From positions 96,001 to 160,000 of IMG/VR virus record IMGVR_UViG_3300043411_002794: 64,000 nucleotides of DNA; one strand, given 5' to 3'. This stretch comes from a virus. Below are positions 40,059 through 49,530 of this stretch, in pieces (the stretch's first letter is position 1; each line of letters begins with the position of its first letter). The position numbers and the translations under genes are program-made. The notes under the pieces were generated by a model. It was not told the DNA's origin. It searched no databases and worked only from the letters and a program-made list of their open reading frames with translations.

Positions 40059-42857
40059 TTAGATCACCAAATGCACGGCGAGGTTGTTGAGCGGTGCCGG
40101 GACTTCCAGGTCCAACACCACTTCCACGCGGTCCTTCAAGGTCGGGTGCTGCGTGAGTGAACGGATCGATCCGGAGATCAACTGACCGCCGATCTCATCG
40201 AGCGTGACCCGTTGAAGATCGTCGAGAATTGCTGTCAGCCGAGTACGAAGCAACCGCAGCAACGTCGGCGTGACGTTGGAACGGCCGATGAACACCTTCA
40301 GTTGCCGATAAATGTAGCCTGAGATCGAATCCACGTTGCGGCGGACCGATTCCGAGCTGCGGTTGAGGTCGGTCGTGTCGGTCGTGACAGCCTTGAGGTT
40401 GTAGATCGTGCCGTCGCGATCTTGCACGACGACCCAGATACCGGCGTCCGACAAGTCTTCAAGCTGGCGGATGGTGAACAACCCGAGCGAACGGCTCAGA
40501 TCGTCGAAGCCCGTCAGCGACGCATTGGTCAGCGGTGCATGCGGGGCAGCGCCGCTGATCTCGCCGGCCACGGCAGCGGCCACGTAGTAGCCGGAAACCG
40601 TTTGATCGGCGATACCGGCTTCGTCCGGCCAGATCGCGACCACGCGGCGGTTGCTGTAGGCGCCCGCCTGGGCCATGAGGTCGGCTTTGACTTCTTCCGA
40701 CGTCAACGTGTGCACGATGCGGATCTTTTCCGCCTCGGTGATGGCCGCGCTGTGCCCCGTAGCCAGCACAAGCGTCTCTTCCGAGAGCACTTCGTCGACC
40801 AGGAATTCAAGCTTGGTTTCATCTCCGAAGCCGTCGACGCTGAACAAGTATTGCACGACGTCGCCGGCATCCACACCGTTGGTGATGAAATTGCCGTCGG
40901 CCGCCGTCAGCAACGTGTATTGCGTGCCGGTAGCGTTCGGGTTGTCGGCCAACGTGGCCAGGACTTCATCGCCGTCGTTGGTGTCCGGGCCGACGAGGGT
41001 GGTGGTCGTCTTGCCTTGCAGCGCGGCGACAACGCCCTTCCAGTTGTTCGCGGTCGACGTGCTTTCGGCGTCGGCCTTATTGACGAACAGGCTGATGATT
41101 TCAGCGCTGAACGTCAACGGCACGAAGTTGTACACATCGTCACGACCGTCGAGGATTGCGAGCGACGTGACCCACGAATCGACGTCATCCGGATCGGCGA
41201 CGCCGAGGATCTTGACGACCGTACCGCCCGAGTTGCCCCAGGCCTTGGATGCGGCGTACTTGAGCGGATTGCGCGGGTGCGTCGGTCCCGGGATTGCCGC
41301 CAGGTCGGCGTCGCTGGAGACTTCGGTAACGCCGTCCGCGGCGGCTTCGAGCCATTCGCGGTAATCGACGTAGATGGTACCGCCGTGCACCGGCAGGGGT
41401 AGCGCGACGTTGTTGCTCGTCCACGTCGAGTGGTAGGCGGTGATGCCTTCCTGCAGACAGACCTGCGTCGCTTCGGTGTAGTAGTTCGTGAGCGGCGGTT
41501 CTTCCGGCCGCTTCTGCGAAACTTCGATGTTGTCCTTGATGAACAACTTCAAGTCGAGGTCCGCCAAGCTGCGAAGCTTGATCGGCAGGTCGTGCTTGAG
41601 GATCAGCTGGCGGACCGGGCCGGCCGCGGCGGCCGTGACCGTGATGTACCACTTGTCGCCCTTGCGGAGGCCGGCAACAGCGTCGGCACCGATCGACACG
41701 TCTGCGTCGCCGCCCTGCGAGCCGAAGAACGAGATCTCGACGCCGTGGGTGCCGATCGGGATAGCGAGATTGCCGTCCGTGACTTCCGTCGGGCCGGAGT
41801 AATCCAGGCCCTTGGCGGTGCGAACGGTGATTTCCGGCAGGTCTTCCCAGAGGCCGCCCTTGGTGCATTCCACGATCAGCACGTCGTTGACGGTGCCGTC
41901 GTACGTGCCGCTGGATAATGCGAGCACGGCTTCGAATGCTTGACGCACGGTAACGACCCAGGTCTGGCCTTCCTGGAAGTCGACCGGAGCCACGCCGTCG
42001 AGCGAGGCCGCCGAGCTGCAGCTGTCGGTACCGTCGTTGTTCCAGGTCACGTACAGGCCGCGGTCGCCGATGGCGGTCGGGGCGCCAAAGGCTTCCGGAA
42101 TGAGTTCATCGACGTCGTCATTACCGCTGGCCGAGCGGACACGGAGCCGCATGGCACCGCAGCCCTGGATCGAACTGCGGACGACCGTGATGGTGTACTC
42201 TTCGGACACGTTGCCGTCGGCCAGGCCGCTGAACGCCGAGCCGTCGACCGTGGCGCCGACGCAGTTGGTCGGGCCGGCCGTCTTTTCGATGGTGGCCGTG
42301 GCCGTGACGGTGGCTTGGTTGCCGCTATCGACCCGCGCGTCGCCGACCTCGGAATCAACCAGCGAACTGGCAAAGCCCTTCACCGACGTTTCGTGGGTGA
42401 CTTCTTCGCAAGCGCCGTCCGGATCGTAGACGCCGCGCAAATGCACGATGTCGTTGACGCGCACGTCGCGATCCTTGAAGACCGCGCTGCGGGGATACCC
42501 CGAGCCGTTCTTCTTGAACGACAGCGAGTCGGATTCGATGCGGTTGGTGTAACCGTCGACGGCCGTGATGGTCGTCTTTTCGCCGACCAGATCTTCGTAG
42601 TACATCAGCAACGCGTCATCGAGGAACACGCGAACCGTGTCCACGTCGACCTTGCTGCCGGCGGTCCGGTCCGGCCAGTTGTAGCACTGATCTTCGGTGT
42701 AGTCGTATTCACCGACGTCGATGGTTTGTTTTTCGTCCGCCTCGCTGTAGCGATGCAGCTGGGCATTCGGACCAACCAGGCACGCGCGAAGCGGGGCCGT
42801 GATTTCGGTCGGGATGAGTTCGAACTCTTGGAAGATCAGGACCTGAGCGCGTGCCAT
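40059..42857 (-). CDS. Tail sheath protein, 932 aa
   Basis: C-terminal sheath core (AAVAGEISG...PLTN..LTG...QLEDL..AGIWVV...SVRRNVD...DRVEVVLDLEVPAPLN); GGAGG RBS. Confidence 0.92.
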   Translation of the reverse strand: MARAQVLIFQEFELIPTEITAPLRACLVGPNAQLHRYSEADEKQTIDVGEYDYTEDQCYNWPDRTAGSKVDVDTVRVFLDDALLMYYEDLVGEKTTITAVDGYTNRIESDSLSFKKNGSGYPRSAVFKDRDVRVNDIVHLRGVYDPDGACEEVTHETSVKGFASSLVDSEVGDARVDSGNQATVTATATIEKTAGPTNCVGATVDGSAFSGLADGNVSEEYTITVVRSSIQGCGAMRLRVRSASGNDDVDELIPEAFGAPTAIGDRGLYVTWNNDGTDSCSSAASLDGVAPVDFQEGQTWVVTVRQAFEAVLALSSGTYDGTVNDVLIVECTKGGLWEDLPEITVRTAKGLDYSGPTEVTDGNLAIPIGTHGVEISFFGSQGGDADVSIGADAVAGLRKGDKWYITVTAAAAGPVRQLILKHDLPIKLRSLADLDLKLFIKDNIEVSQKRPEEPPLTNYYTEATQVCLQEGITAYHSTWTSNNVALPLPVHGGTIYVDYREWLEAAADGVTEVSSDADLAAIPGPTHPRNPLKYAASKAWGNSGGTVVKILGVADPDDVDSWVTSLAILDGRDDVYNFVPLTFSAEIISLFVNKADAESTSTANNWKGVVAALQGKTTTTLVGPDTNDGDEVLATLADNPNATGTQYTLLTAADGNFITNGVDAGDVVQYLFSVDGFGDETKLEFLVDEVLSEETLVLATGHSAAITEAEKIRIVHTLTSEEVKADLMAQAGAYSNRRVVAIWPDEAGIADQTVSGYYVAAAVAGEISGAAPHAPLTNASLTGFDDLSRSLGLFTIRQLEDLSDAGIWVVVQDRDGTIYNLKAVTTDTTDLNRSSESVRRNVDSISGYIYRQLKVFIGRSNVTPTLLRLLRTRLTAILDDLQRVTLDEIGGQLISGSIRSLTQHPTLKDRVEVVLDLEVPAPLNNLAVHLVI

Positions 42858-42882
42858 GTATCAGCCTCCGTGCTGAGTCTTT

Positions 42883-43578
42883 TTAGCTAAAAAAGCCGTA
42901 TGGGTTAAAGACGACCCGCTTCAACCTTGGAGCGTGCTCTGTCAGCTCCCACGCGTCTTCCGCCGTATACGCAAACGTAACCGGAACAGCGTAATTCTTC
43001 TTGGACTCTTCGACTGCAGCCACTTCTCCGATGTCCACCGGAATGAAGCGATGCAGCCCTGTGTATTGTAGGATCGGATCCGTGTAGCGCTGCAAGGCCG
43101 AAACAGTCTCCCAGGCGAGCAACTCCGCTTCACCTGCCTTCTCGGCCAACGCGAACACTACCTGCGTACCAAACCATAAACCTGCAAACCGTTGCGTCCC
43201 CTCCAACAGATCTTCGCTGACTCTGTCTCCGATCCCCATTCGCTGGTAGTTCCAGCGGCCGCGTTTCAGGAGCAATGCCGGACGCTTCTCCGTCTTCTCC
43301 GGGTCCCACTTAACGGTCTGCTCGATCACCAAACCTGTATTGTCGGACGGCAGCCAGGCGCCCGCCTCAAATGCCGTCCGTAATTTGATCTCCTGCAGGT
43401 GAGTTGGATCGCAGTAGTGCTGGATCAGCAACTGCTGCAACACCCCGCTGATGAAAAACGGCTTCATCCCGTAGGAGCAAATCGGGCCGTGTCGTTCGAC
43501 ACGAACCTCGGGCTCGCTGCCTTCCGGGAAGATCGCTTCTACTTCATCGGGATTCTCGCCCTCACCACACGTACTCAT
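42883..43578 (-). CDS. Tail terminator / completion protein, 231 aa
   Basis: Position between neck and sheath; KRPALLLKRG and YAVPVTFAY motifs. Confidence 0.65.
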   Translation of the reverse strand: MSTCGEGENPDEVEAIFPEGSEPEVRVERHGPICSYGMKPFFISGVLQQLLIQHYCDPTHLQEIKLRTAFEAGAWLPSDNTGLVIEQTVKWDPEKTEKRPALLLKRGRWNYQRMGIGDRVSEDLLEGTQRFAGLWFGTQVVFALAEKAGEAELLAWETVSALQRYTDPILQYTGLHRFIPVDIGEVAAVEESKKNYAVPVTFAYTAEDAWELTEHAPRLKRVVFNPYGFFS

Positions 43579-43718
43579 GACCGGCCCTGCAGTGCCTGCC
43601 GAACAGCTTTCATGTCCGGCCGGAACTTATGGATACTGATCGTCTGACGGAGGGAGATCGGTTTCGCGCCTAAAGAACGGATGGCGGCTTGGCGACCATC
43701 CTTGGTCGGTTTAGACAC
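43575..43718 (-). CDS. Small basic protein, about 47 aa
   Basis: AAGGAG 7 nt before the GTG at 43718; ATGA coupling to the next gene. Confidence 0.5.
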   Translation of the reverse strand: MSKPTKDGRQAAIRSLGAKPISLRQTISIHKFRPDMKAVRQALQGRS

Positions 43719-43777
43719 GAGCGACTCCTTTCGTTGGCGGATAAGATAAACGGTCCCAGCCGTAGGCTCAACGGCAT

Positions 43778-44941
43778 TTAAGGGTCCCAAATGTTCGACA
43801 CGCTGCTGGAACTCCCGGCCGGCCGCTCCACAGTCAGGGTCACGCGGTCCGGTCCGAAGAAGCCCTGTTTGCGAAATACCAGCAAGTAATCGCCTGGATT
43901 CAGCAATAACGGCGCCGCCCAGTCGCCCGTAATAGACGTGGTCGTGGCAGCCACGGCCAGGGCAATTCGCGGGAGCGCCGGTTCGGCGGCGGTCGCATCA
44001 GATTGTTGAAAAGCAATCACGTCGGCATCGGCGATCGGGTCGCCCTCGGCATCCGTGTACCGAAAAGCCCCGGCCTCGCCGTAGTTGTGATCGACCGTGA
44101 CACAGCCGTCGCCGACACCGGGAAGTTGTTCTTCGGCCGGGCAATTGAACGTGTACGCCTTGTGCGAGTAGGGCAGCAATCCCATCGTCACCTCGACGAC
44201 CAACGGCACGCCGCGGACTTCTGCTTTGTCGTCCGTTTCGTCGACGATGAAGGCTTCACCGCTACGGCCGTCAACCCAGATGTCGTTCTTCCGCAACATC
44301 GGGAAACTGAGGCAACGAGCTTTCTGAACTACGTCGTTGATCGAACCCCGCATCGCTATGTCGGTGCTCTCACGAGACATCCGCTGCGTGATGAACTCCA
44401 GGCACAACGGGTAGGCCGGGTGATAGCCCTCCTGGACGCCGGTGCCGAAGCATTGCGGGCAGTTGGCGTCGGTGGTCTCGCCGGTGAGTTGGTCGCGGCA
44501 CCGCGTGCACTTGGCCCCGTAATGCATCCGCTTGTAAAGCGAACCGGGCCGCCAGCTTTTCTTACGACCACGCAGTTGCTCTTTACGCAGGATCTCGCGA
44601 GCGATAATCAGGTCGGACTCGGTCAGTTCACCGAACACGGAGGCCGGCTGCGAGACGTAGATCCCGCGGCTCGACGTCAGGGCGACCCGGTACGTTGGGG
44701 ACAGCGTCTTACCGAACGCCCGCTGGTCGTCGTCCACGGCCGTGAAGCCGTCTACCACCTCACTGCCGACGTTCTCCCAGCTGCGGGCGTTGGGAGCCCC
44801 ATCGCGGCTCACCTGCAGCTGGAAGGTCAGCGGGCCGGGGTCGTTGAACCGCGGATCCAACCACCACCAGATGCGCGTCCCCCCGCGAACGACATGGTCG
44901 ATCAGGATCCGGCGGAACGGGAAGTCGTGTGTGTTGGGCAT
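43778..44941 (-). CDS. Neck / head-closure protein with Zn-finger and C-terminal Ig-like domain, about 387 aa
   Basis: CTRC...CPQCFGTG..GY motif, N-terminal FN3-like and C-terminal GDPIADADV...LNPGDYLLVFRKQG segments. The track start (45007) lies inside a terminator, so the ATG at 44941 is used. Confidence 0.65.
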   Translation of the reverse strand: MPNTHDFPFRRILIDHVVRGGTRIWWWLDPRFNDPGPLTFQLQVSRDGAPNARSWENVGSEVVDGFTAVDDDQRAFGKTLSPTYRVALTSSRGIYVSQPASVFGELTESDLIIAREILRKEQLRGRKKSWRPGSLYKRMHYGAKCTRCRDQLTGETTDANCPQCFGTGVQEGYHPAYPLCLEFITQRMSRESTDIAMRGSINDVVQKARCLSFPMLRKNDIWVDGRSGEAFIVDETDDKAEVRGVPLVVEVTMGLLPYSHKAYTFNCPAEEQLPGVGDGCVTVDHNYGEAGAFRYTDAEGDPIADADVIAFQQSDATAAEPALPRIALAVAATTTSITGDWAAPLLLNPGDYLLVFRKQGFFGPDRVTLTVERPAGSSSSVSNIWDP

Positions 44942-44967
44942 GGGCGTAATAATGCCGTTTCTGATAG

Positions 44968-45011
44968 CTAAAGAAAAGGTGAACTCCCCGGCCGAAGCCG
45001 GGGTCACCTTT
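44968..45011 (-). terminator. Rho-independent terminator
   Basis: GGUGA-CCCCGGC-UUCG-GCCGGGG-AGU-UCACC followed by UUUUCUUU. Confidence 0.85.
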
Positions 45012-45106
45012 CCCTTCCGCCTATTAGTTGGCCGGTTTACTTCCGTTCATGAGCTGAACGGTACTCCCAGAGCACGCACCTCGTTAGGGCATTAGCGTGT
45101 TGGCAT

Positions 45107-45280
45107 TCAGTGTTTTACCGAGCGCGCCGCTTTGGCTTTGCCCGACACTTTCTCCCAGATGGTCTTGAGGGCTTTCGCCCACGCCTTACGGTCGCCACCC
45201 ATAGCCGGAATTACACTGTAACCGGCCTCAGACGGACACAACAAACGCAAACACTGGACTGCCGCACAGGCAATCCTCAC
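45107..45280 (-). CDS. Possible small protein (57 aa from GTG, or 31 aa from ATG at 45202) with cationic amphipathic helix
   Basis: My translation, in frame directly after the TAG of the upstream ORF. No clear SD. Confidence 0.3.
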   Translation of the reverse strand: MRIACAAVQCLRLLCPSEAGYSVIPAMGGDRKAWAKALKTIWEKVSGKAKAARSVKH

Positions 45281-45676
45281 CTATCCCGGAGACCACTCCG
45301 GCGGGCGTGGGATGTCGGGCATCTTCACGTCCGCCCCGACGGCGTCTACCAGGTACTCGCCGTCATACTCCCACTTGGACCGCACACGCCATTCGTATTC
45401 CCCGTTAATTCGGGAGAACGATCCGCGGGCCACGGCCCAGAGATATGCGGAAAACTTGCCGTTTATTTTCAACGAATAACTGCTCGTGACCTTAACGCGA
45501 TATCGTGCATCGCATTCCTCCCGCTCGTATTCTTCTTCGTCCAGTTCGATCACCACGGTGTGCCCCGCCGTGATGATCGCAGTCACGAGCATCACGGCTG
45601 AAGCCATACAATTAGCCTCAACCAGATGACCTACACCCTCCGCGAGATCTGTAAGTTCTTCTGTTGCACAACTCAT
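45281..45676 (-). CDS. Hypothetical accessory protein, about 131 aa
   Basis: GAGGA before MSCATEEL; acidic patch. Confidence 0.7.
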   Translation of the reverse strand: MSCATEELTDLAEGVGHLVEANCMASAVMLVTAIITAGHTVVIELDEEEYEREECDARYRVKVTSSYSLKINGKFSAYLWAVARGSFSRINGEYEWRVRSKWEYDGEYLVDAVGADVKMPDIPRPPEWSPG

Positions 45677-45796
45677 GGAATCCTCTTGAGTAATTAGAAA
45701 CCAACTAGCGACGACCGCGCTGTTCGCGATCGTCGCCGGGGCTGACTGCCGCCTGGCAAAGCCAAGCAACGAATATCAATCCGACAATGATCGCTT

Positions 45797-46012
45797 TTAG
45801 CATGGTCGTACCAGCCCAAGGATCTCATTCGTCGACAGGCTTTCGAGCCGGCCGATTTGTTCGCCGCGAACTTGGTTCGCTACGAACTGTCGCAGCAGGT
45901 CGGCCGGCACATGGACCGTCCGATCTGCTGAGTCTCGAATCGTCACGTCGCCCTGATAATCACCGTGGTGAAGTATCAGGGCCGTGCTACCGTGCAGCGT
46001 CGTGGTGTGCAT
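45797..46012 (-). CDS. Small accessory protein, 71 aa (MHTTTLHG...HHGDYQGDV...)
   Basis: Protein-like 3' part of track ORF 45797..46354; overlaps the upstream gene end. Confidence 0.6.
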   Translation of the reverse strand: MHTTTLHGSTALILHHGDYQGDVTIRDSADRTVHVPADLLRQFVANQVRGEQIGRLESLSTNEILGLVRPC

Positions 46013-46412
46013 CGGCACCCACCAGCTGCAAGCCGCCGTTGGCGTCAACATGCGCCGCCTTGGCTTCCGGTTTATTTTTTTGACCCCAGTTAGGAATCGG
46101 GTGCCCCGCTTCCGCGAGTTGCTGCTCGCCGGCATCACCGACCGAATCCCTACCCGCTTCCCGCTCTTGCTCCAGGACGCGAAGGGCGATGTCCTGGGCA
46201 AACGGTCCGAGGGCCACAGCGAACATTTCTTTGATCTCCGACTGCACCGGCATACGCGGTGCAAGCTGGCATACCGCTCGCACGGTAAAAATCCCAATCG
46301 CCATAATCGCGGCGAGCGCCAGTACACCCACCAACAAAACGATCTCGAAACCAACCGCGGTCAAATGTGCCGCTGTTTCGAGTCCGCGACGAACACGGGA
46401 AGTAATCTTCAT
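45987..46412 (-). CDS. Predicted single-pass membrane protein, 141 aa
   Basis: AAAGGAG RBS; hydrophobic AVGFEIVLLVGVLALAAIMAIGIFTV segment. Confidence 0.7.
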   Translation of the reverse strand: MKITSRVRRGLETAAHLTAVGFEIVLLVGVLALAAIMAIGIFTVRAVCQLAPRMPVQSEIKEMFAVALGPFAQDIALRVLEQEREAGRDSVGDAGEQQLAEAGHPIPNWGQKNKPEAKAAHVDANGGLQLVGADAHHDAAR

Positions 46413-46414
46413 GC

Positions 46415-46500
46415 ATCTCTCCTTTGAAAAGGTGGTACCGAAAAGCTATTTATCGGTCTACCTTATATGCCTGGAAAAACGCATGTTTTTAGCTGCTGAA
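46415..46500 (-). promoter_or_regulatory. AT-rich putative promoter region of the accessory cassette
   Basis: Markedly AT-rich intergenic stretch with TATAAG and TAAATA hexamers and short inverted repeats. Confidence 0.4.
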
Positions 46501-47481
46501 TTAGCCTAAACGGCCGTACGGAGAGCTGATACCGCCGTAAAGCTGACTCCAGTTATCGGAAGACTTACGGCGCCGCGTAAAGTCGACCCAGTTCTGCCAG
46601 CGCGTCTGTGCGGCCCGCTCGTAGTTCATCTCGCGGTTCATGTCGTCGACGGCGATGCCGCCGGCCTGGTACTGCAGGTTGTTGGCCCGCTGGTGCTCGG
46701 CGATGAGCATGTAAAGCTGCCCGACGATCGCCTCCAGCCAGTGGAAGCGGTGCGGGAAGTTTTGCGTCGTGTAATGCCGGAGCGGCGGCGGTACCTCATT
46801 CCAGTATTCGATCGGACGAGTGATCGCCATCGCGATTTCCGCGTCGTCGAACTTGATGTTGTCGAGCACGAAGTTTTCCTGCGGGCTCGAGTCGCGCAGG
46901 TGCAGCCGGATCTCGGCGATCGTAGGCGGCCCTCGCATCTTGCAGCGGCCATCGGCCGTAGAGATGCTGCGGTTGATGACCAGGTAGAACATGTTCGAGA
47001 ACAAGACCTGCGGCGTCTCGCTGGTATGGTCGAGCACCTGGGCCTCGGCGAAGTAGACGCCGGGCAGGATCAGCTGTTCCGCAGAGATCGCAAACTGCAG
47101 CTTGCCCGCCTCGGCTTCCACCAGCTCGCCGTAAACCTCATAGAGCTGCGCGGCACCGACGTTCTCGCGAAACTGCAGCCGATAATCCGGGCAGACGCCG
47201 GACGACGCCGACGAGCTGCTGTTATCGCCGCATCCGCACGCGGTAAGATCGACCGGCCGTCCCTCGCGATCGAGCATCGTCCAGCCGACGGTGACGGCCT
47301 GACCACCGGTTACGTAGACCGTACGCAGTCGCTGGGGGATAGGCTGCTGGTGCACGGTCGACAAGTTCGGGGCGACCGACGTTTGGTCGCTGCAGGGTAC
47401 GGCGGCGGGCGCCGGTAGCGCGGCCTGGGCCTCGCAGCACGGGATCTGATCCGCGGCGGCCGGAGTTCCGATGACGGGCAT
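46501..47481 (-). CDS. Head-tail adaptor / neck protein with N-terminal BppU-like Ig domain, 326 aa
   Basis: G.LQF......PGVYFAEAQV Ig motif, then helical EIRLHLRD...DAEIAMAI...WN adaptor-like domain; AGGAG RBS. Confidence 0.7.
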   Translation of the reverse strand: MPVIGTPAAADQIPCCEAQAALPAPAAVPCSDQTSVAPNLSTVHQQPIPQRLRTVYVTGGQAVTVGWTMLDREGRPVDLTACGCGDNSSSSASSGVCPDYRLQFRENVGAAQLYEVYGELVEAEAGKLQFAISAEQLILPGVYFAEAQVLDHTSETPQVLFSNMFYLVINRSISTADGRCKMRGPPTIAEIRLHLRDSSPQENFVLDNIKFDDAEIAMAITRPIEYWNEVPPPLRHYTTQNFPHRFHWLEAIVGQLYMLIAEHQRANNLQYQAGGIAVDDMNREMNYERAAQTRWQNWVDFTRRRKSSDNWSQLYGGISSPYGRLG

Positions 47482-47512
47482 GAGCGACTCCTAGCAAAAG
47501 GCCGAGACATAT

Positions 47513-47546
47513 GAAAAAAGCGACGACCCAAGACGGGTCGTCGCTT
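47513..47546 (-). terminator. Rho-independent terminator
   Basis: AAGCGACGACCC-GUCUU-GGGUCGUCGCUU, a perfect 12-bp stem running into a U-tract. Confidence 0.9.
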
Positions 47547-47577
47547 CGCTTCTGGTCGGGATGAATCATGGCAATGT

Positions 47578-47940
47578 TTAGTTGCCTTCGTCCTCGTGGA
47601 AGTCCGACGACCCGCTCGAATCGTAGCAGGGGTCGACCGTACCGAGCACACCGTCGTTGACGGCGAGCATGCGGGTCTTGTCGGCCGTATCGTCGTAAAT
47701 GAACATGCCGGGCGAGCTGACGAGCGTCAGCGAACCCCGCTTGAGCGACGCCTTCAACGCATTGAAGCGGCGCTTGCTGACCATGGCACCGAGAGTCGCA
47801 ATGAGGTCGCCGGGCACGGCAAAGCTTTGACCGGAGGTCAGCCGCTTACCGCGGGGACCGAGGAACCCGAAGGTACGCTCGACGCCCGACGTGTTCTTCA
47901 CGATCGTGTGCAGGCAGTCCGTAGAAACGATCTCACGCAT
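47578..47940 (-). CDS. Hypothetical head-associated protein, 120 aa
   Basis: AGGAG RBS; between capsid and adaptor genes. Confidence 0.75.
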   Translation of the reverse strand: MREIVSTDCLHTIVKNTSGVERTFGFLGPRGKRLTSGQSFAVPGDLIATLGAMVSKRRFNALKASLKRGSLTLVSSPGMFIYDDTADKTRMLAVNDGVLGTVDPCYDSSGSSDFHEDEGN

Positions 47941-48009
47941 GGCTTATTGGCTCCTACCGATTACTCGGCGAGGGAAGTGGCAATGGCTTCGGCGAACGTA
48001 CGTCGAAGA

Positions 48010-48378
48010 CTAGGCAGCCGTCTGAGCGGCCTGCAGCATCAGGACGGCCTCGGCCAGATCCGGACGGTTGCGGGCGGCGCCGTGGGCGGCAGCCTTGACT
48101 TGGGTCGTAGTCGGGGCTGCAGCGACGCTGGCAACTCCGGCCGTCTTGAGCAGAGCTTCGATGCGCTTTCCGCCCTTTTCCAGCAGGCTGGCCTGCTTGG
48201 TCGGGGTGGCCGCGTAGACCTGAGCAAGCTGCTCGGCTTGCGTCAACATCGCGACGGCTTCTTGCTCCGTCTTCGGCACGATGCCGTAGTCGTTGGCAAG
48301 CTTTTCAAAGAACGCCGGCACGTGGACCTCGCGGTACAGCGTTGCAGAGGCGTTGTCGATTTCTTGTTGCGTGGGCAT
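48010..48378 (-). CDS. Hypothetical head protein with KxA motifs, 122 aa
   Basis: EKLAN, TKQAS, LKTAG, VKAAA. Confidence 0.78.
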   Translation of the reverse strand: MPTQQEIDNASATLYREVHVPAFFEKLANDYGIVPKTEQEAVAMLTQAEQLAQVYAATPTKQASLLEKGGKRIEALLKTAGVASVAAAPTTTQVKAAAHGAARNRPDLAEAVLMLQAAQTAA

Positions 48379-48429
48379 GTGTCCCAGGTCCTAGCACAAA
48401 AAGACGAAAATGGTTTCGTGAACTCTCAA

Positions 48430-48467
48430 ACGACCGAAAGCCCGCGCTGCACCGAAGTGCAGCGCGG
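48430..48467 (-). terminator. Terminator-like hairpin after the major capsid gene
   Basis: CCGCGCUGCAC-UUCG-GUGCAGCGCGG perfect 11-bp stem, then GCUUUCGGUCGUUU. Confidence 0.8.
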
Positions 48468-48477
48468 ACTGGATCGG

Positions 48478-49428
48478 TTAAACGAAGTCGGCGCGAGCCA
48501 AGGCGTTGGTGTGACCGAACGCCATGCCGATCGTTTCGTAGCTGAAGTACTCGAGCATGTACGCCTCGCGGCGAATGTACATGGTCGTATCTTCAAGAGC
48601 GAAGTTTTTCCCGATCGTCTTCGGGTCTCCGAACATGAAGAACGACCCATCCGGGATCAGGCCGTCAATCGGATTGGAAGCCGAGCAACGCTTGATGGTC
48701 ACGATCCAGTCGCGATCCATGAAGCGGGTCAGGGCCCAACCGTTCTTGGCGATGTCTTGCGCCATGTCGCCGCCGATCTCGTCACGTCCCCACTTCATCA
48801 TTTCCTTGATGGTGACGTTGTTGAGGAGGATCGTTGCCACTTCGAAGTGGCTCGGCGTCTTCGGCATGATGTTCAGCGCGTCAACGACCGTTTCGCGGGT
48901 GATCCCGCCTTCGATCGTTTCCCACTGCTTCACGCCCGAGAGCGGAACGATTTCGTCCGCACCCATCAGCACGGCGTTAAACGCCTGCACGAATTTGCTG
49001 TCTTCTTCGGCCAACATGTCCTTGATCATGTTGTCGCTGAGGACCTGGCGGATGTCGTACGAGTACGTACGGAGCTGATCGACGTCCTTCGTCGCCCGCG
49101 GCGAAAGGATACGCGCGAAGCTGATGCGGTAGCGCGGTCCGCGGATGTAGAAGTTGATCGGCAACGAGGCGAAGCCCGCCGACACGGCTGCCGGGGAGTC
49201 CGGTTCCTTGTCGATGACCTTCACGGGGTTGTCGGTGTCGACCTGGCGATCCAACTCTTCGTTTTGGATCGTCAGCATGGGGATGATTTTGCGGGCGAAG
49301 CCGTCTTCACGCATTTTGGTACGCGTGTAGTCGTTGACGGCGTCGACGGCTTGCTTCTGCATCCCCGGGTTATCGAGTTGCTCAAAGAGCGTATCGTTGA
49401 GCTGGCGGATTTGAGCTTGCGTCGGCAT
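48478..49428 (-). CDS. Major capsid protein (HK97-fold, inferred), 316 aa
   Basis: Position after protease/scaffold/decoration genes, GGGAGG RBS, downstream terminator, C-terminal YFSYETIGMAFGHTNALARADF pattern. Confidence 0.82.
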   Translation of the reverse strand: MPTQAQIRQLNDTLFEQLDNPGMQKQAVDAVNDYTRTKMREDGFARKIIPMLTIQNEELDRQVDTDNPVKVIDKEPDSPAAVSAGFASLPINFYIRGPRYRISFARILSPRATKDVDQLRTYSYDIRQVLSDNMIKDMLAEEDSKFVQAFNAVLMGADEIVPLSGVKQWETIEGGITRETVVDALNIMPKTPSHFEVATILLNNVTIKEMMKWGRDEIGGDMAQDIAKNGWALTRFMDRDWIVTIKRCSASNPIDGLIPDGSFFMFGDPKTIGKNFALEDTTMYIRREAYMLEYFSYETIGMAFGHTNALARADFV

Positions 49429-49530
49429 GGTCGAAATGACCTCCCTGTCTTACGGTTGGCAGCCCCGTCTCCCCGGGGCTGAAACATACAAAATGGAACA
49501 ACGAACACGAACAACCGCCCAAACGCGACC

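Noticed and set aside
23814-43578. Extracellular contractile injection system or T6SS rather than a phage
   Set aside because: Capsid, decoration, scaffold, protease and neck genes are contiguous with the tail module.
44941-45007. ORF-track starts at 45007, 23952, 29416, 13150, 52045 and 1839
   Set aside because: They overlap upstream genes or terminators. Downstream ATGs with RBS or tight coupling (44941, 23796, 29368, 13045, 51994, 1773) fit better.
45107-45676. TAG read-through joining the 131-aa ORF to the in-frame 57-codon ORF
   Set aside because: This is a single instance, there is no suppressor tRNA in the window, and TAG is a normal stop elsewhere. Kept only as a low-confidence small ORF.
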